Source: a virus (taxonomy: Duplodnaviria; Heunggongvirae; Uroviricota; Caudoviricetes). Taken from it: 18,710 bases of DNA. Position numbers and translations under genes: made by a program. The notes beneath the pieces are model-generated. The model searched no databases. It worked only from the letters and a program-made list of their open reading frames with translations, and was not told where the DNA came from. Position 1 is the first letter of the stretch, and every line of letters begins with the position of its first letter. Shown piece after piece: positions 6,602 through 15,000 of the stretch. The DNA lies in IMG/VR virus record IMGVR_UViG_2541047722_000004, one strand, 5' to 3'.

Positions 6602-8008
6602 ATGGCTGATATATCAACACCCAACCTCGACTATAACGATATGCTGGAGGCGTGGGATATTAACGACGCATTGATGGGCGGTACGCTTGAAATGCGCAGG
6701 CAGGGGGAAAATTATCTCCCCAAATGGCCTAATGAAGATGAAGACGCTTATAAAAAACGCCTGTCTGTGGCTACGCTACTTCCTGTGTATGAAGAAAGCA
6801 TCAAACAAAATATTGGGCGCATATTTGCAGAGCCGACAGTATTGAGTGAGGAAACGCCGGAAAAAATCAGGGAATATGCAGAAAATATCGACATGGAGGG
6901 GAGCCGACTGGATGTGTGGGCGCAGCAATTTTTCAGTCTCGCATTTCAGTATGGTGTGGCACATGCGCTGGTGGACTATCCACGAACGGATATGAAAGAG
7001 ATTCGGACAAAAGCCGATGAAAACGCGGCCGGTGGTCGCCCGTACGTTACGATGCTGAATCCACGCCAGGTTATTGGATGGAAATCGAAAGTTGAAAAAG
7101 GGAAAGTTGTTCTCACTGATTTGCGTATAAAAGAGGTCATCATTATTGATGGTGATGATTTCGGGCAGAAGAAGGTGGAGCAGATCCGCCATATTATGCC
7201 CCGTCGAGTTGAAATTTATCGACGCAGCGAAGGTACTAATGGCGAATCTGTCTGGACGCTTCATGAGTCATGGAATACCAGCCGTGATGATATTCCTCTG
7301 GTAACACTGTATACGAAGAAAACAGGGTTTATGCGTGGTACACCGCCATTGCTTAATCTTGGCTTGCTGAATATCAAGCACTGGCAAAGCCAGAGCGAGC
7401 AGGACAATATTCTTCATGTTGCCCGCGTTCCATTGCTGGTGGCCTACGGGCTGGACAGGAATGAAGAACTGACGGTTGGTGCATCCACCGCTACGATTTT
7501 TGAGGACAGAACAAAAAATGGCCTCGAATATGTTGAACATAGTGGCGCAGCGATAGAATCTGGCGAAACATCACTTGAGAAGCTGGAAAATCAGATGCGT
7601 CATGCCGGCGCTAAACTTCTGCGGGCTGAAAATACATCCACCAAATCTGTTGATCAGACTAATGAAGAGCGGATGCAGGAACACTCGCCGCTTTATACAA
7701 TGGCGAACTCCCTCGAAGATGCCCTCGATAATATTCTCCAGATAATGGCGGAATGGAGCGGAGAGAGTTGCGGTGGCAATGTGGATGTGCGCACTGAACT
7801 GGATGTATCTGCCCAGGTGTTTGACTCATCCTCCGCGCTGGCTGTTCAGTCATTGCGTCAGGGCGGTGATATACGTCAGATTGATGCGGTTCGGGTGTTG
7901 CAGGCGTTGAAATTTATCGATCAGGATTCCCGTCCAGAGGAAGTGATCGATGAATTAAAAAATCAGAGTGTAATGCTGATGGAAATCAATGATGCAAACC
8001 GTGAATGA
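6602..8008 (+). CDS. Portal protein
   Basis: 468 aa ORF starting 2 nt after the terminase stop, in the canonical position after TerL; size and composition consistent with SPP1-type portal proteins. Confidence 0.8.
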   Translation: MADISTPNLDYNDMLEAWDINDALMGGTLEMRRQGENYLPKWPNEDEDAYKKRLSVATLLPVYEESIKQNIGRIFAEPTVLSEETPEKIREYAENIDMEGSRLDVWAQQFFSLAFQYGVAHALVDYPRTDMKEIRTKADENAAGGRPYVTMLNPRQVIGWKSKVEKGKVVLTDLRIKEVIIIDGDDFGQKKVEQIRHIMPRRVEIYRRSEGTNGESVWTLHESWNTSRDDIPLVTLYTKKTGFMRGTPPLLNLGLLNIKHWQSQSEQDNILHVARVPLLVAYGLDRNEELTVGASTATIFEDRTKNGLEYVEHSGAAIESGETSLEKLENQMRHAGAKLLRAENTSTKSVDQTNEERMQEHSPLYTMANSLEDALDNILQIMAEWSGESCGGNVDVRTELDVSAQVFDSSSALAVQSLRQGGDIRQIDAVRVLQALKFIDQDSRPEEVIDELKNQSVMLMEINDANRE

Positions 8009-9104
8009 ACGGCTGCGTGATGAATCAATTGCTCATGCAGTCTGGATATCCCGCTATAGCACTGGTGTGGCTGCCAGAATAGTGAAAATACTGAATGACA
8101 GCGATGCGGAGCTTACAGCTCGCCTGCTGGTAGCACTGGACAGCCTCGATCCTAGTAGTTTTACCGTTACGCGCCTGGAGTCACTTCTGGCGAGTGTCAG
8201 AGAGGTTAACCGCACTGCTATTAACAGCATGTTTACCAGTCTCTCCGGAGAGCTGAACGAGCTGGCAATTTATGAGGTTGGTTATCAGTTAAGTCTGTTT
8301 GATTCTCTGCTACCTGATTTTGTTGCTGATGTTCACCCTCTGGTTGGTATCTCTTCTGATGCACTTTACGCCGCTGCAATGGCGCGACCATTCCAGGGAC
8401 GACTGCTCAGTGAGTGGGCCTCAGATCTTGAGGCGGATCGGCTCAGACGCATAACAAATACGGTGCGTCAGGGTTTTTTGCTGGGGGATACCAATGAGCA
8501 GATCGCAAGAAAAATTCGGGGACATGTCAGTAAGGGATTTCAGGATGGTGCATTGCAGATGAGCCGGGCTAATGCGGCCAGCATTGCAAAAACAGCGGTT
8601 GGACATCTTGCTGCTACTGCTCGTGAGAGTTTTGCACGCGCGAATAATGATTTGATTAAGGGTAAGCAATGGTTATCAACGCTTGATAATCGTACTACGC
8701 CACAATGTCGAATCAGGGATCGCCTCAAATATACGCTGGATAATAAACCTGTAGGTCACAGCGTGCCTTATTTGCAGGGGCCGGGAAAAATTCATTTCTG
8801 CTGCCGCTCAACGGAAACGTTCATTCTGAAATCAGCGAAGGAACTGGGTATTGATGTTCGTGATATTTCCCCGGCTGAGCGGGCCAGCATGGATGGCGTG
8901 GTGGCCGGAGATACAACCTACAGGGAATGGTTTTTGCGTCAGCCTTACACCAGACAAAAACAGATTGTGGGGGAAACCCGGGCAAAGCTGATTCGGGATG
9001 GTGGTATGTCGCCAGATGAATTTTACACCGATAAAGGCGAATGGCTGACGCTGAAGCAACTCCGTGAGCGTGATGCACAGGTATTCAGAAAAGCAGGGAT
9101 TTAA
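7989..9104 (+). CDS. Head morphogenesis / minor head protein (SPP1 gp7 / Mu F-like)
   Basis: 371 aa ORF overlapping the portal stop by 20 nt, canonical position after portal; alternative ATG at 7992. Confidence 0.7.
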   Translation: MMQTVNERLRDESIAHAVWISRYSTGVAARIVKILNDSDAELTARLLVALDSLDPSSFTVTRLESLLASVREVNRTAINSMFTSLSGELNELAIYEVGYQLSLFDSLLPDFVADVHPLVGISSDALYAAAMARPFQGRLLSEWASDLEADRLRRITNTVRQGFLLGDTNEQIARKIRGHVSKGFQDGALQMSRANAASIAKTAVGHLAATARESFARANNDLIKGKQWLSTLDNRTTPQCRIRDRLKYTLDNKPVGHSVPYLQGPGKIHFCCRSTETFILKSAKELGIDVRDISPAERASMDGVVAGDTTYREWFLRQPYTRQKQIVGETRAKLIRDGGMSPDEFYTDKGEWLTLKQLRERDAQVFRKAGI

Positions 9105-9123
9105 ATAAATCATTTATTACAAC

Positions 9124-9148
9124 AGGCTACCTTCGGGTGGCCTTTTTT
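9124..9148 (+). terminator. Intrinsic terminator-like hairpin with TTCG loop
   Basis: 8-bp stem AGGCTACC / GGTGGCCT (one G-U pair), loop TTCG (9132-9135), followed by TTTTTT (9143-9148). Lies 20 nt after the head morphogenesis stop and upstream of the scaffold start. Confidence 0.6.
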
Positions 9149-9208
9149 ATTGCTGCGATCCGGATGGTGAGCAGCGTAACTGTCGGAAGACTTAAACCAG
9201 GTACTAAT

Positions 9209-9973
9209 ATGAAACTGAAAACGGTCGAGATTAACGGAAAACAATACGCAGAAATTGATACTGCTGGCCTGCCAGTTTATGTGCACGACGATGGTAAAGA
9301 AATCGGCTTCGATGCACCGCTGGCGACAAAAAAAATTACAGAACTTAATGGCGAGGCAAAAAATCATCGCCTGGCTAAAGAAGCTGCAGAGGAAAAACTG
9401 GCTAAGTTTGCCGCTATCGAAGACCCGAAGAAGGCGATCGAGGCACTGGAAATGCTGTCAAAAATCGACCAGAAAAAGCTGATCGATGCGGGACAGGTTG
9501 ACCAGGTTAAGGCTGAAATTACGAAAAATTTTCAGCAGCAATTAGATGAAGAAAAGCAACGCTCTCAGATGCTGGAGAAGCAGCTTTACGATTCTATGAT
9601 TGGCGGTAGTTTTGCGGGTTCAAAATATATTGCCGATAAAATTGCGATCCCGGCAGATTTATTACAAGCCCGCTTCGGACAGGCATTCAAAGTGGAAGAA
9701 GGGAAGATCGTTGCTTATGACGCTTCCGGCAACAAAATTTATTCCCGCGCGAAGCCAGGAGAACTGGCGCAGTTTGATGAGGCGCTGGAGTTCCTCGTCG
9801 AAAATTACCCTCAGAAAGACTACATCCTGAAAGCCAGTGGCAACAATGGCGGCGGTTCCCGTCCGACACAGCATGATATTGGTCAGAAAACGATGAAACG
9901 CTCTGCTTTTGATGCACTGGATGTTGCAGGTAAGCAAAACGCACTGAAAGACGGTATCACAATCGTTGATTAA
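9209..9973 (+). CDS. Capsid scaffolding protein (putative)
   Basis: 254 aa from ATG 9209 (MKLKTVEING...). The track ORF opens at 9137, but that extension overlaps the terminator hairpin. Helix/coiled-coil-rich, charged sequence immediately upstream of the major capsid gene. Confidence 0.6.
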   Translation: MKLKTVEINGKQYAEIDTAGLPVYVHDDGKEIGFDAPLATKKITELNGEAKNHRLAKEAAEEKLAKFAAIEDPKKAIEALEMLSKIDQKKLIDAGQVDQVKAEITKNFQQQLDEEKQRSQMLEKQLYDSMIGGSFAGSKYIADKIAIPADLLQARFGQAFKVEEGKIVAYDASGNKIYSRAKPGELAQFDEALEFLVENYPQKDYILKASGNNGGGSRPTQHDIGQKTMKRSAFDALDVAGKQNALKDGITIVD

Positions 9974-10071
9974 TACATTTGCCAGCTTCCGGATGGGAGT
10001 TGGTGTCAGGGCTGGATAGCTCACTACTCAATCCATTCACAATTACGCAAATTTTTAAGGAATATTTAATT

Positions 10072-11211
10072 ATGGCTGGAAATACCCTGACCGGGTTGAT
10101 CCCGACTATTTACACCGCCCTGGATGTTGTATCCCGTGAGCAGGTAGGTTTTATCCCTGCGGTAGCAAAAAACGCAAAAGCTGACGCCGCAGCAAAAGAT
10201 CAGACGGTAACCGCGCCAGTTGCGCCTGAGGCGAAAACCGAAGATATCGTACCGGGGCCGTCAGCTCCGAATACCGGTGATCAAAATATTGGCACTGTTG
10301 ATGTAAAAATTACTAAATCCAAAATGGCGCCGGTTAAATGGAATGGTGAAGAACAACTGGCTCTTGGCCCTTCAGGGACTTACAACACCATTCTGGCTGA
10401 TCAGTTCAAGCAGGCTTTTCGCGCCCTTGCAAACGAGGTTGAGGCTGATCTTGGTGTGTTGTATTTCGGTGCTTCCCGCGCCGTGGGAACCGCAGGGACA
10501 ACGCCGTTTGGTGTTAAAGATGATCTTTCTGATGCTGCTCTGGCTCGTCAGGTTCTGGAGGATAACGGCGCACCGACAACAGATCTGCAGATGGTGCTTG
10601 GTTCCACTGCCATTGCTAATTTGCGCGGAAAACAGTCTGTATTGTTTAAAGTGAATGAATCCGGCACTGAACAGCTACTGCGTGAGGGCGTGTTGGGGCG
10701 TCTGGAGGGATTCAATATTCACAGTTCGGCAGGTGTAAAACGAGCGCCAAAGGTTGCTGCAACTGGTTATCTCGTGAATGGCGAGAAAAAAGAAGGCGAT
10801 GTTCTTATTTCCATTGATACTGGTTCGGGGAGTATTTCTGCAGGTCAGATTGTTACGTTCGCTGGCGATCCTAATCAGTATGTTGTGGCAGCAGCGACCA
10901 GCAATCTGATTACTCTTGCAGCACCGGGACTGCGTCAGGATCTGGCCGATGATACTGCAATCACAGTTGTTGGCTCCTTTACTGCAAATATGGCGTTTGA
11001 TCGCAACGCGTTTCTGCTGGCATCCCGTACTCCGGCAATGCCGGAAGGTGGCGATAATGCTGATGATGTAATGAATGTTACGGACCCGATTTCAGGGATT
11101 ACGTTCCAGATTGCACTGTATCGTCAGTATCGCCAGGTGCGCTATGAAGTTGGACTGGCATGGGGTGTTTCGTCAGTGAAACCGGCACATGGTTGTCTGA
11201 TTCTTGGTTAA
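10072..11211 (+). CDS. Major capsid protein
   Basis: 379 aa from ATG 10072 (MAGNTLTGL...), with AAGGA RBS at 10057-10061; the track ORF opens at 9979. Position after scaffold, size and composition fit a major capsid protein. Followed by a strong terminator. Confidence 0.75.
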   Translation: MAGNTLTGLIPTIYTALDVVSREQVGFIPAVAKNAKADAAAKDQTVTAPVAPEAKTEDIVPGPSAPNTGDQNIGTVDVKITKSKMAPVKWNGEEQLALGPSGTYNTILADQFKQAFRALANEVEADLGVLYFGASRAVGTAGTTPFGVKDDLSDAALARQVLEDNGAPTTDLQMVLGSTAIANLRGKQSVLFKVNESGTEQLLREGVLGRLEGFNIHSSAGVKRAPKVAATGYLVNGEKKEGDVLISIDTGSGSISAGQIVTFAGDPNQYVVAAATSNLITLAAPGLRQDLADDTAITVVGSFTANMAFDRNAFLLASRTPAMPEGGDNADDVMNVTDPISGITFQIALYRQYRQVRYEVGLAWGVSSVKPAHGCLILG

Positions 11212-11221
11212 ACATCCAAAC

Positions 11222-11241
11222 GGGGCTTCGGCCCCATTTTT
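11222..11241 (+). terminator. Intrinsic terminator after the major capsid gene
   Basis: GGGGC-TTCG-GCCCC hairpin (11222-11235) followed by ATTTTTA; next gene has RBS GGAGGG and ATG at 11254. Confidence 0.65.
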
Positions 11242-11253
11242 AATGGAGGGTAT

Positions 11254-11478
11254 ATGGCCGGATTAACTAAAGAGCAAAGAGCACAGCGTGAAGCCGCGCA
11301 AAAAAATGCAGTGGTGGAGCAAAATGTGGAGCAAATTCAGGAGCCACAAAAAACGCAAATTGAGTTAGTGGTTATGGTGACCGATTATCAGATGTTTCCC
11401 GGCGCACCAACTATCGCTAATGTTCATCCTGATGAAGTTGACAACTGGAAGGCTCTGGGCTGGAAAACTCAGGAGTAA
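11254..11478 (+). CDS. Small hypothetical head-associated protein
   Basis: 74 aa ORF with RBS (GGAGGG) at good spacing, between capsid and connector genes; function unknown. Confidence 0.5.
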   Translation: MAGLTKEQRAQREAAQKNAVVEQNVEQIQEPQKTQIELVVMVTDYQMFPGAPTIANVHPDEVDNWKALGWKTQE

Positions 11479-11481
11479 CAC

Positions 11482-11877
11482 ATGATCACTTACGTGACCT
11501 GTGATGACGTTGATAATGCGTTTGGGAACGCCTGGACGAGTGAGAACGCTAAAAATAAAGCTGTTTTAATGGCTAATGCCTGGCTTAATGGCTTCGGCCT
11601 GAAAATTAACCCATCCCGTATTCCGGAAGAGGTAAAACTTGCGGGAGCATATGCAGCCAGAATTGCCTCTGTCGGTAAGTTGTTTCAGCAGAAAAATGAT
11701 TCTGGCGTTGTTATCAGTAAAGCCGTGTCGGCTGACGGGGTCAGTGTATCGAAATCATTTGCTGAATTGCCAGCAAACAGCACTGCATTGCTTGAACCCG
11801 ATTTACAGCTTGCGATAGCACTGCTGAAACCGTACGGACTTAGTCGCTCACAAGTCAGGGTTGTGAGGGGGGGATGA
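11482..11877 (+). CDS. Head-tail connector protein (gp6-like, putative)
   Basis: 131 aa ORF in the canonical position after the capsid gene; stop overlaps the next start (ATGA at 11874-11877). Confidence 0.55.
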   Translation: MITYVTCDDVDNAFGNAWTSENAKNKAVLMANAWLNGFGLKINPSRIPEEVKLAGAYAARIASVGKLFQQKNDSGVVISKAVSADGVSVSKSFAELPANSTALLEPDLQLAIALLKPYGLSRSQVRVVRGG

Positions 11878-12260
11878 TGGGGCTTCGTGAAGAGATTCAG
11901 TCAGAGGTTGCCGCTGCTTTTGATGAGGATTTAGCAGACGCCGTGAGTGATTTTTCTGGTTCTTACGTTGCGCACCGGAACTGGAATCCAGTGACGGAAA
12001 CTGGCGGCGAATCCACAGCAACCTATACCGGGCGAGGCGTGTTGACGCGTTATAAGCTGGGCAGAATTGATGGGATTAATATTTTGCATGGTGACCTTAA
12101 ATTAACAGCTCTGGTATGCGAGGTTACGGATAAAACCGCTGTCGGCCATATTATTGAGATTTATGATCCTGTATCAAGGCAGTTGCAACGATACGAGGTA
12201 ATTACAGCGAGTGTAGATCCTTCCGCATCAGTTTACTCAATCCAGTTAAGGAGAGCGTAA
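11874..12260 (+). CDS. Head closure / head-tail joining protein (putative)
   Basis: 128 aa ORF translationally coupled to neighbours on both sides; positional assignment only. Confidence 0.5.
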   Translation: MMGLREEIQSEVAAAFDEDLADAVSDFSGSYVAHRNWNPVTETGGESTATYTGRGVLTRYKLGRIDGINILHGDLKLTALVCEVTDKTAVGHIIEIYDPVSRQLQRYEVITASVDPSASVYSIQLRRA

Positions 12261-12641
12261 ATGGCAAAGGCATGGGATATCGAACCGTCAATATTTGCCG
12301 GGATGATTGAGGAAGATGTGGGGCTGAAAATTCGCTACATCGCTATTCAGATTCTTACTGCTATCGATATTGCTGCTCCGGTTGATACCGGGCGTTTCAG
12401 AAATAACAACATGGTGTCGTTACAGCATCCCGATTTTGGTATATCTGATAACGTGGATCCGAACGGTACGATTGCGGTTCAGCGTGGGATCGGGGTTATT
12501 TCGAAAGCTGCAAATTACGGAATTATTTATATCCAGAATAACCTTCCTTATGCAGAGGCTCTTGAAAACGGTCATTCACAACAAGCGCCAACTGGCGTGT
12601 ATGCCAACGCTTTTCATGGTGTTTTACAGGCTTACAAATGA
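12261..12641 (+). CDS. HK97 gp10-like neck / tail attachment protein (putative)
   Basis: 126 aa; contains a PVDTGRFRNN motif resembling the conserved DTG-x-(L/F)R motif of the HK97 gp10 family. Stop overlaps the next start (ATGA at 12638-12641). Confidence 0.55.
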   Translation: MAKAWDIEPSIFAGMIEEDVGLKIRYIAIQILTAIDIAAPVDTGRFRNNNMVSLQHPDFGISDNVDPNGTIAVQRGIGVISKAANYGIIYIQNNLPYAEALENGHSQQAPTGVYANAFHGVLQAYK

Positions 12642-13030
12642 CGTTTACTGAAATCAGAAATACGGTCATTTCCAGAATGACGGCACAGACGGTTATTAAT
12701 GGAAAAGACGTATTGTATCCGAACGGGCCAACGTTCGATCCTTCCGGTAAGTTAATCTGGGCGCGGTTAAGTAATATTCCCGGGCAGGCTGGAGTTAATG
12801 AAATTGGTGCGGGGCCGGTTGTTTATCGCACGGGGATAATCATTATTCAGTTATTTGTCCCCGCAGGTTCTGGTTCAAAACTCATTACTGAGACAGCCGA
12901 TAAATTGCGGGAACTGTTTGAGTTTCAGGATGACGACCGTCTCAGTTACCAGGCTGTTTCCTCAATAACCGTTGGCGAAAAGAATGGCTGGTTCCAGCTT
13001 AATCTTCAAATTCCATATCGCGCGCTCTAG
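12638..13030 (+). CDS. Tail completion / tail terminator protein (putative)
   Basis: 130 aa ORF immediately upstream of the major tail gene; positional assignment (lambda gpU-equivalent slot). Confidence 0.5.
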   Translation: MTFTEIRNTVISRMTAQTVINGKDVLYPNGPTFDPSGKLIWARLSNIPGQAGVNEIGAGPVVYRTGIIIIQLFVPAGSGSKLITETADKLRELFEFQDDDRLSYQAVSSITVGEKNGWFQLNLQIPYRAL

Positions 13031-13056
13031 CGCAATTAATGACATAGGAGGCTCCT

Positions 13057-14019
13057 GTGAGTTCAGGTGCAAAGGTTATCTCGGCATTTATCCGGGAGAC
13101 AGTTGCAGGCACCACACCAGCAAGTGGTGACTGGAGTTTATTAAAACGCACAAGCTGGGGAGTAAAACCCACCCAGAATAAAGGCGAAAATAATGAGATT
13201 GGTGGCTCCCGGATGGCTCAGGGGGCGACGCCTGGCACTGTGGATGTTGGCGGTGATGTTGGTACCAAATTTCGCTGGGGTCAACATGATGATTTTCTTG
13301 CATCCTGTTTCGGCGCGGAATGGTCAGGTGATTCTCTGACAATGGGGAATGAGCGAATAACATTTTCTCTGGCGACCTATGCGTCCGATGTCGGAATTGC
13401 CTCTGTTGTCAGAGGAGCGCAGGTTGGCTCATGGAAAATGCAGATCCCTAACGACGGCGATATTACGGCGACCGTAACCTTTGCCGGGCTGGACTGGGAA
13501 TCAAAGGCCGATGATACGAATTTTATCAAAGGCGAACCTGTGGATAGTGCAGGAAAGCTACGTTATTCGTTTAAGGAGGTTTCAGCAGTAAGCCTGAATG
13601 GTGTTGCCGGAGGTAACGGTTTTTGTATCGACAGTTTTGATATTCAGTTCGATAACAAACTCCAGACACAGCGTTGTATCGGGACTGGCTCGCCTTATGC
13701 AGGAGCAAATATTCCGACTACTTTTACACCGTCCGGTACGGTGACGCTTTCATGGTCTAAAGCCGCGTGGGAAATCTGGAGTAAAACACTGACTGGAGAA
13801 ACAGTTCCGTTCAGCTTCACGCTTTCGAATGGAGAGGGGGCATACACTTTCAGTTTCCCGAAGGTTCAGATGTCAGGTGAATGGCCTGATGGGGGTAATA
13901 CCGACATTATCCAGGTTCAATTGAGCATTACCGCAGCAGATGAAGCACCTACGATAACCAGAAAAAAAGCCTCCCCGGCTGCCGTGATCGCAAAAGCCAG
14001 TGCTGAGGCGATTAGTTGA
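13057..14019 (+). CDS. Major tail (tube) protein
   Basis: 320 aa from GTG 13057 with SD AGGAGG 5 nt upstream. Gly/Thr/Ser-rich, beta-type composition; lies directly upstream of the G/GT chaperone pair as lambda V does. Confidence 0.7.
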   Translation: MSSGAKVISAFIRETVAGTTPASGDWSLLKRTSWGVKPTQNKGENNEIGGSRMAQGATPGTVDVGGDVGTKFRWGQHDDFLASCFGAEWSGDSLTMGNERITFSLATYASDVGIASVVRGAQVGSWKMQIPNDGDITATVTFAGLDWESKADDTNFIKGEPVDSAGKLRYSFKEVSAVSLNGVAGGNGFCIDSFDIQFDNKLQTQRCIGTGSPYAGANIPTTFTPSGTVTLSWSKAAWEIWSKTLTGETVPFSFTLSNGEGAYTFSFPKVQMSGEWPDGGNTDIIQVQLSITAADEAPTITRKKASPAAVIAKASAEAIS

Positions 14020-14031
14020 TTTTCCGTTATT

Positions 14032-14058
14032 CCCCCTGTGGTACTGCACTACAGGGGG
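14032..14058 (+). other. Stable stem-loop (8-bp stem CCCCCTGT / ACAGGGGG, 11-nt loop) with no U-tract
   Basis: Read directly from the sequence, 13 nt after the major tail stop. Not a canonical intrinsic terminator; possible RNA processing or stability element. Confidence 0.5.
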
Positions 14059-14133
14059 GCGCATTGAATGAGGTTATGGATGTTTATTCTTAATCAGAAA
14101 ATTATCATCGGTGGTGAACGCTGGTTTACCCCA

Positions 14134-14529
14134 ATGAAGGACTTAAAACCTGTAGACGGGTTAAAACTGTTGGTGGCAAGCAGCGATAACGATCAGTATC
14201 GCTCCCGTAATGCATTAATCCGTCGCCACATTGAGAAAATGGATGCCAGTTTGCACGTCGGAACGAAGGAGTTTGATATTGCAAAGGTTTCCGAGGTGGA
14301 TTCTGTTGATGATTTACTCATTGATAATGCTGCTCGTTATCTGCTGAAAGACTGGAAAGGGGTTGGTGAACTGGTTGATGGTGTTGAGGTTGCACTGGAA
14401 TATACGCCAGAACGAGGGATCGCGCTGCTTAAGCAGAATCCGGAGTTGTACTGGCAGATCCTTGCAGAAGCAGCCAGCATCGCCCAGGGTAAAGAGCAGC
14501 AGAAGCAGGATACGATAAAAAAGCCATAG
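14134..14529 (+). CDS. Tail assembly chaperone (lambda G-like)
   Basis: 131 aa from ATG 14134 (MKDLKPVDG...); the track ORF opens at 14068. Acidic protein between the major tail and tape measure genes; ends with the slippery heptamer A AAA AAG one codon before the UAG stop. Confidence 0.7.
   Translation: MKDLKPVDGLKLLVASSDNDQYRSRNALIRRHIEKMDASLHVGTKEFDIAKVSEVDSVDDLLIDNAARYLLKDWKGVGELVDGVEVALEYTPERGIALLKQNPELYWQILAEAASIAQGKEQQKQDTIKKP
14517..14523 (+). promoter_or_regulatory. Programmed -1 ribosomal frameshift slippery site A AAA AAG
   Basis: Heptamer in X XXY YYZ register in the chaperone frame (codons AAA 14518-14520, AAG 14521-14523), with the 0-frame stop UAG at 14527-14529. The -1 frame is open from 14523 to 14837. 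Confidence 0.65.
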
Positions 14530-14837
14530 CCGCCCAGCGGTGGTTATCGGAGTTCGGGGGAGAAAAGGGTGAAAAGGCAAGATGGAAGCGAGAAAAACTC
14601 AGGTTGCCACCGATACCGGAACCAGAAATAGACCCGGTGCTTAAGGAATTGTTGTACGCCTATTCGGTAATATCCCGTGCCCGACGTTATGCTGGAATGA
14701 CTGGGGTGCCTTTGCCTTTATCTCTGACAGAGATAAATGAATATTTAGCCACTCATCCGGTATTGATTGAGCGCGATGAATTTGAAGCAGTGATCTTTGC
14801 ACTGGATGACCAGTATTTTCAGGAGCAGTGTGTGTAG
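14523..14837 (+). CDS. -1 frame extension of the tail assembly chaperone (lambda GT-like fusion segment)
   Basis: Frame is open from 14523 (...DTIKK / AIAAQRWLSEFGGEKGEKARWKREKLRLPPIPEPEIDP...) to TAG at 14835-14837. No independent ATG or RBS; the track ORF at 14604 starts at TTG. Expected product is a fusion of roughly 235 aa made by frameshifting. Confidence 0.6.
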   Translation, partial: AIAAQRWLSEFGGEKGEKARWKREKLRLPPIPEPEIDPVLKELLYAYSVISRARRYAGMTGVPLPLSLTEINEYLATHPVLIERDEFEAVIFALDDQYFQEQCV

Positions 14838-14957
14838 TTGTTAATTACGTACACTCTGTTACAGAGATGTGATGGTGTCTTTAATTAAATCGATGATGCT
14901 CCTGGAGAAAAGCATTGCGTGGCCTCGTAATCGCTATATCTACTATTATGTCGCCTG

Positions 14958-14980
14958 AAACCCACTTCGGTGGGTTTTTT
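14958..14980 (+). terminator. Intrinsic terminator between the chaperone and tape measure genes
   Basis: AAACCCAC-TTCG-GTGGGTTT hairpin followed by a T-run (TTTTTT 14975-14980, then GTTG). Tape measure RBS AGGAG at 14986-14990 and ATG at 15001. Confidence 0.6.
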
Positions 14981-15000
14981 GTTGTCAGGAGTTTTAATGA

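Noticed and set aside
6776-7853. Minus-strand ORFs (162, 90, 64 aa) inside the portal gene
   Set aside because: Antisense to a long, well-positioned structural gene; spurious.
9662-10024. Minus-strand ORFs (120 and 85 aa) and + strand alternative-frame ORFs 9255..9482 and 9600..9830 over the scaffold gene
   Set aside because: Overlap the scaffold gene with no independent signals; the genome is otherwise strictly unidirectional.
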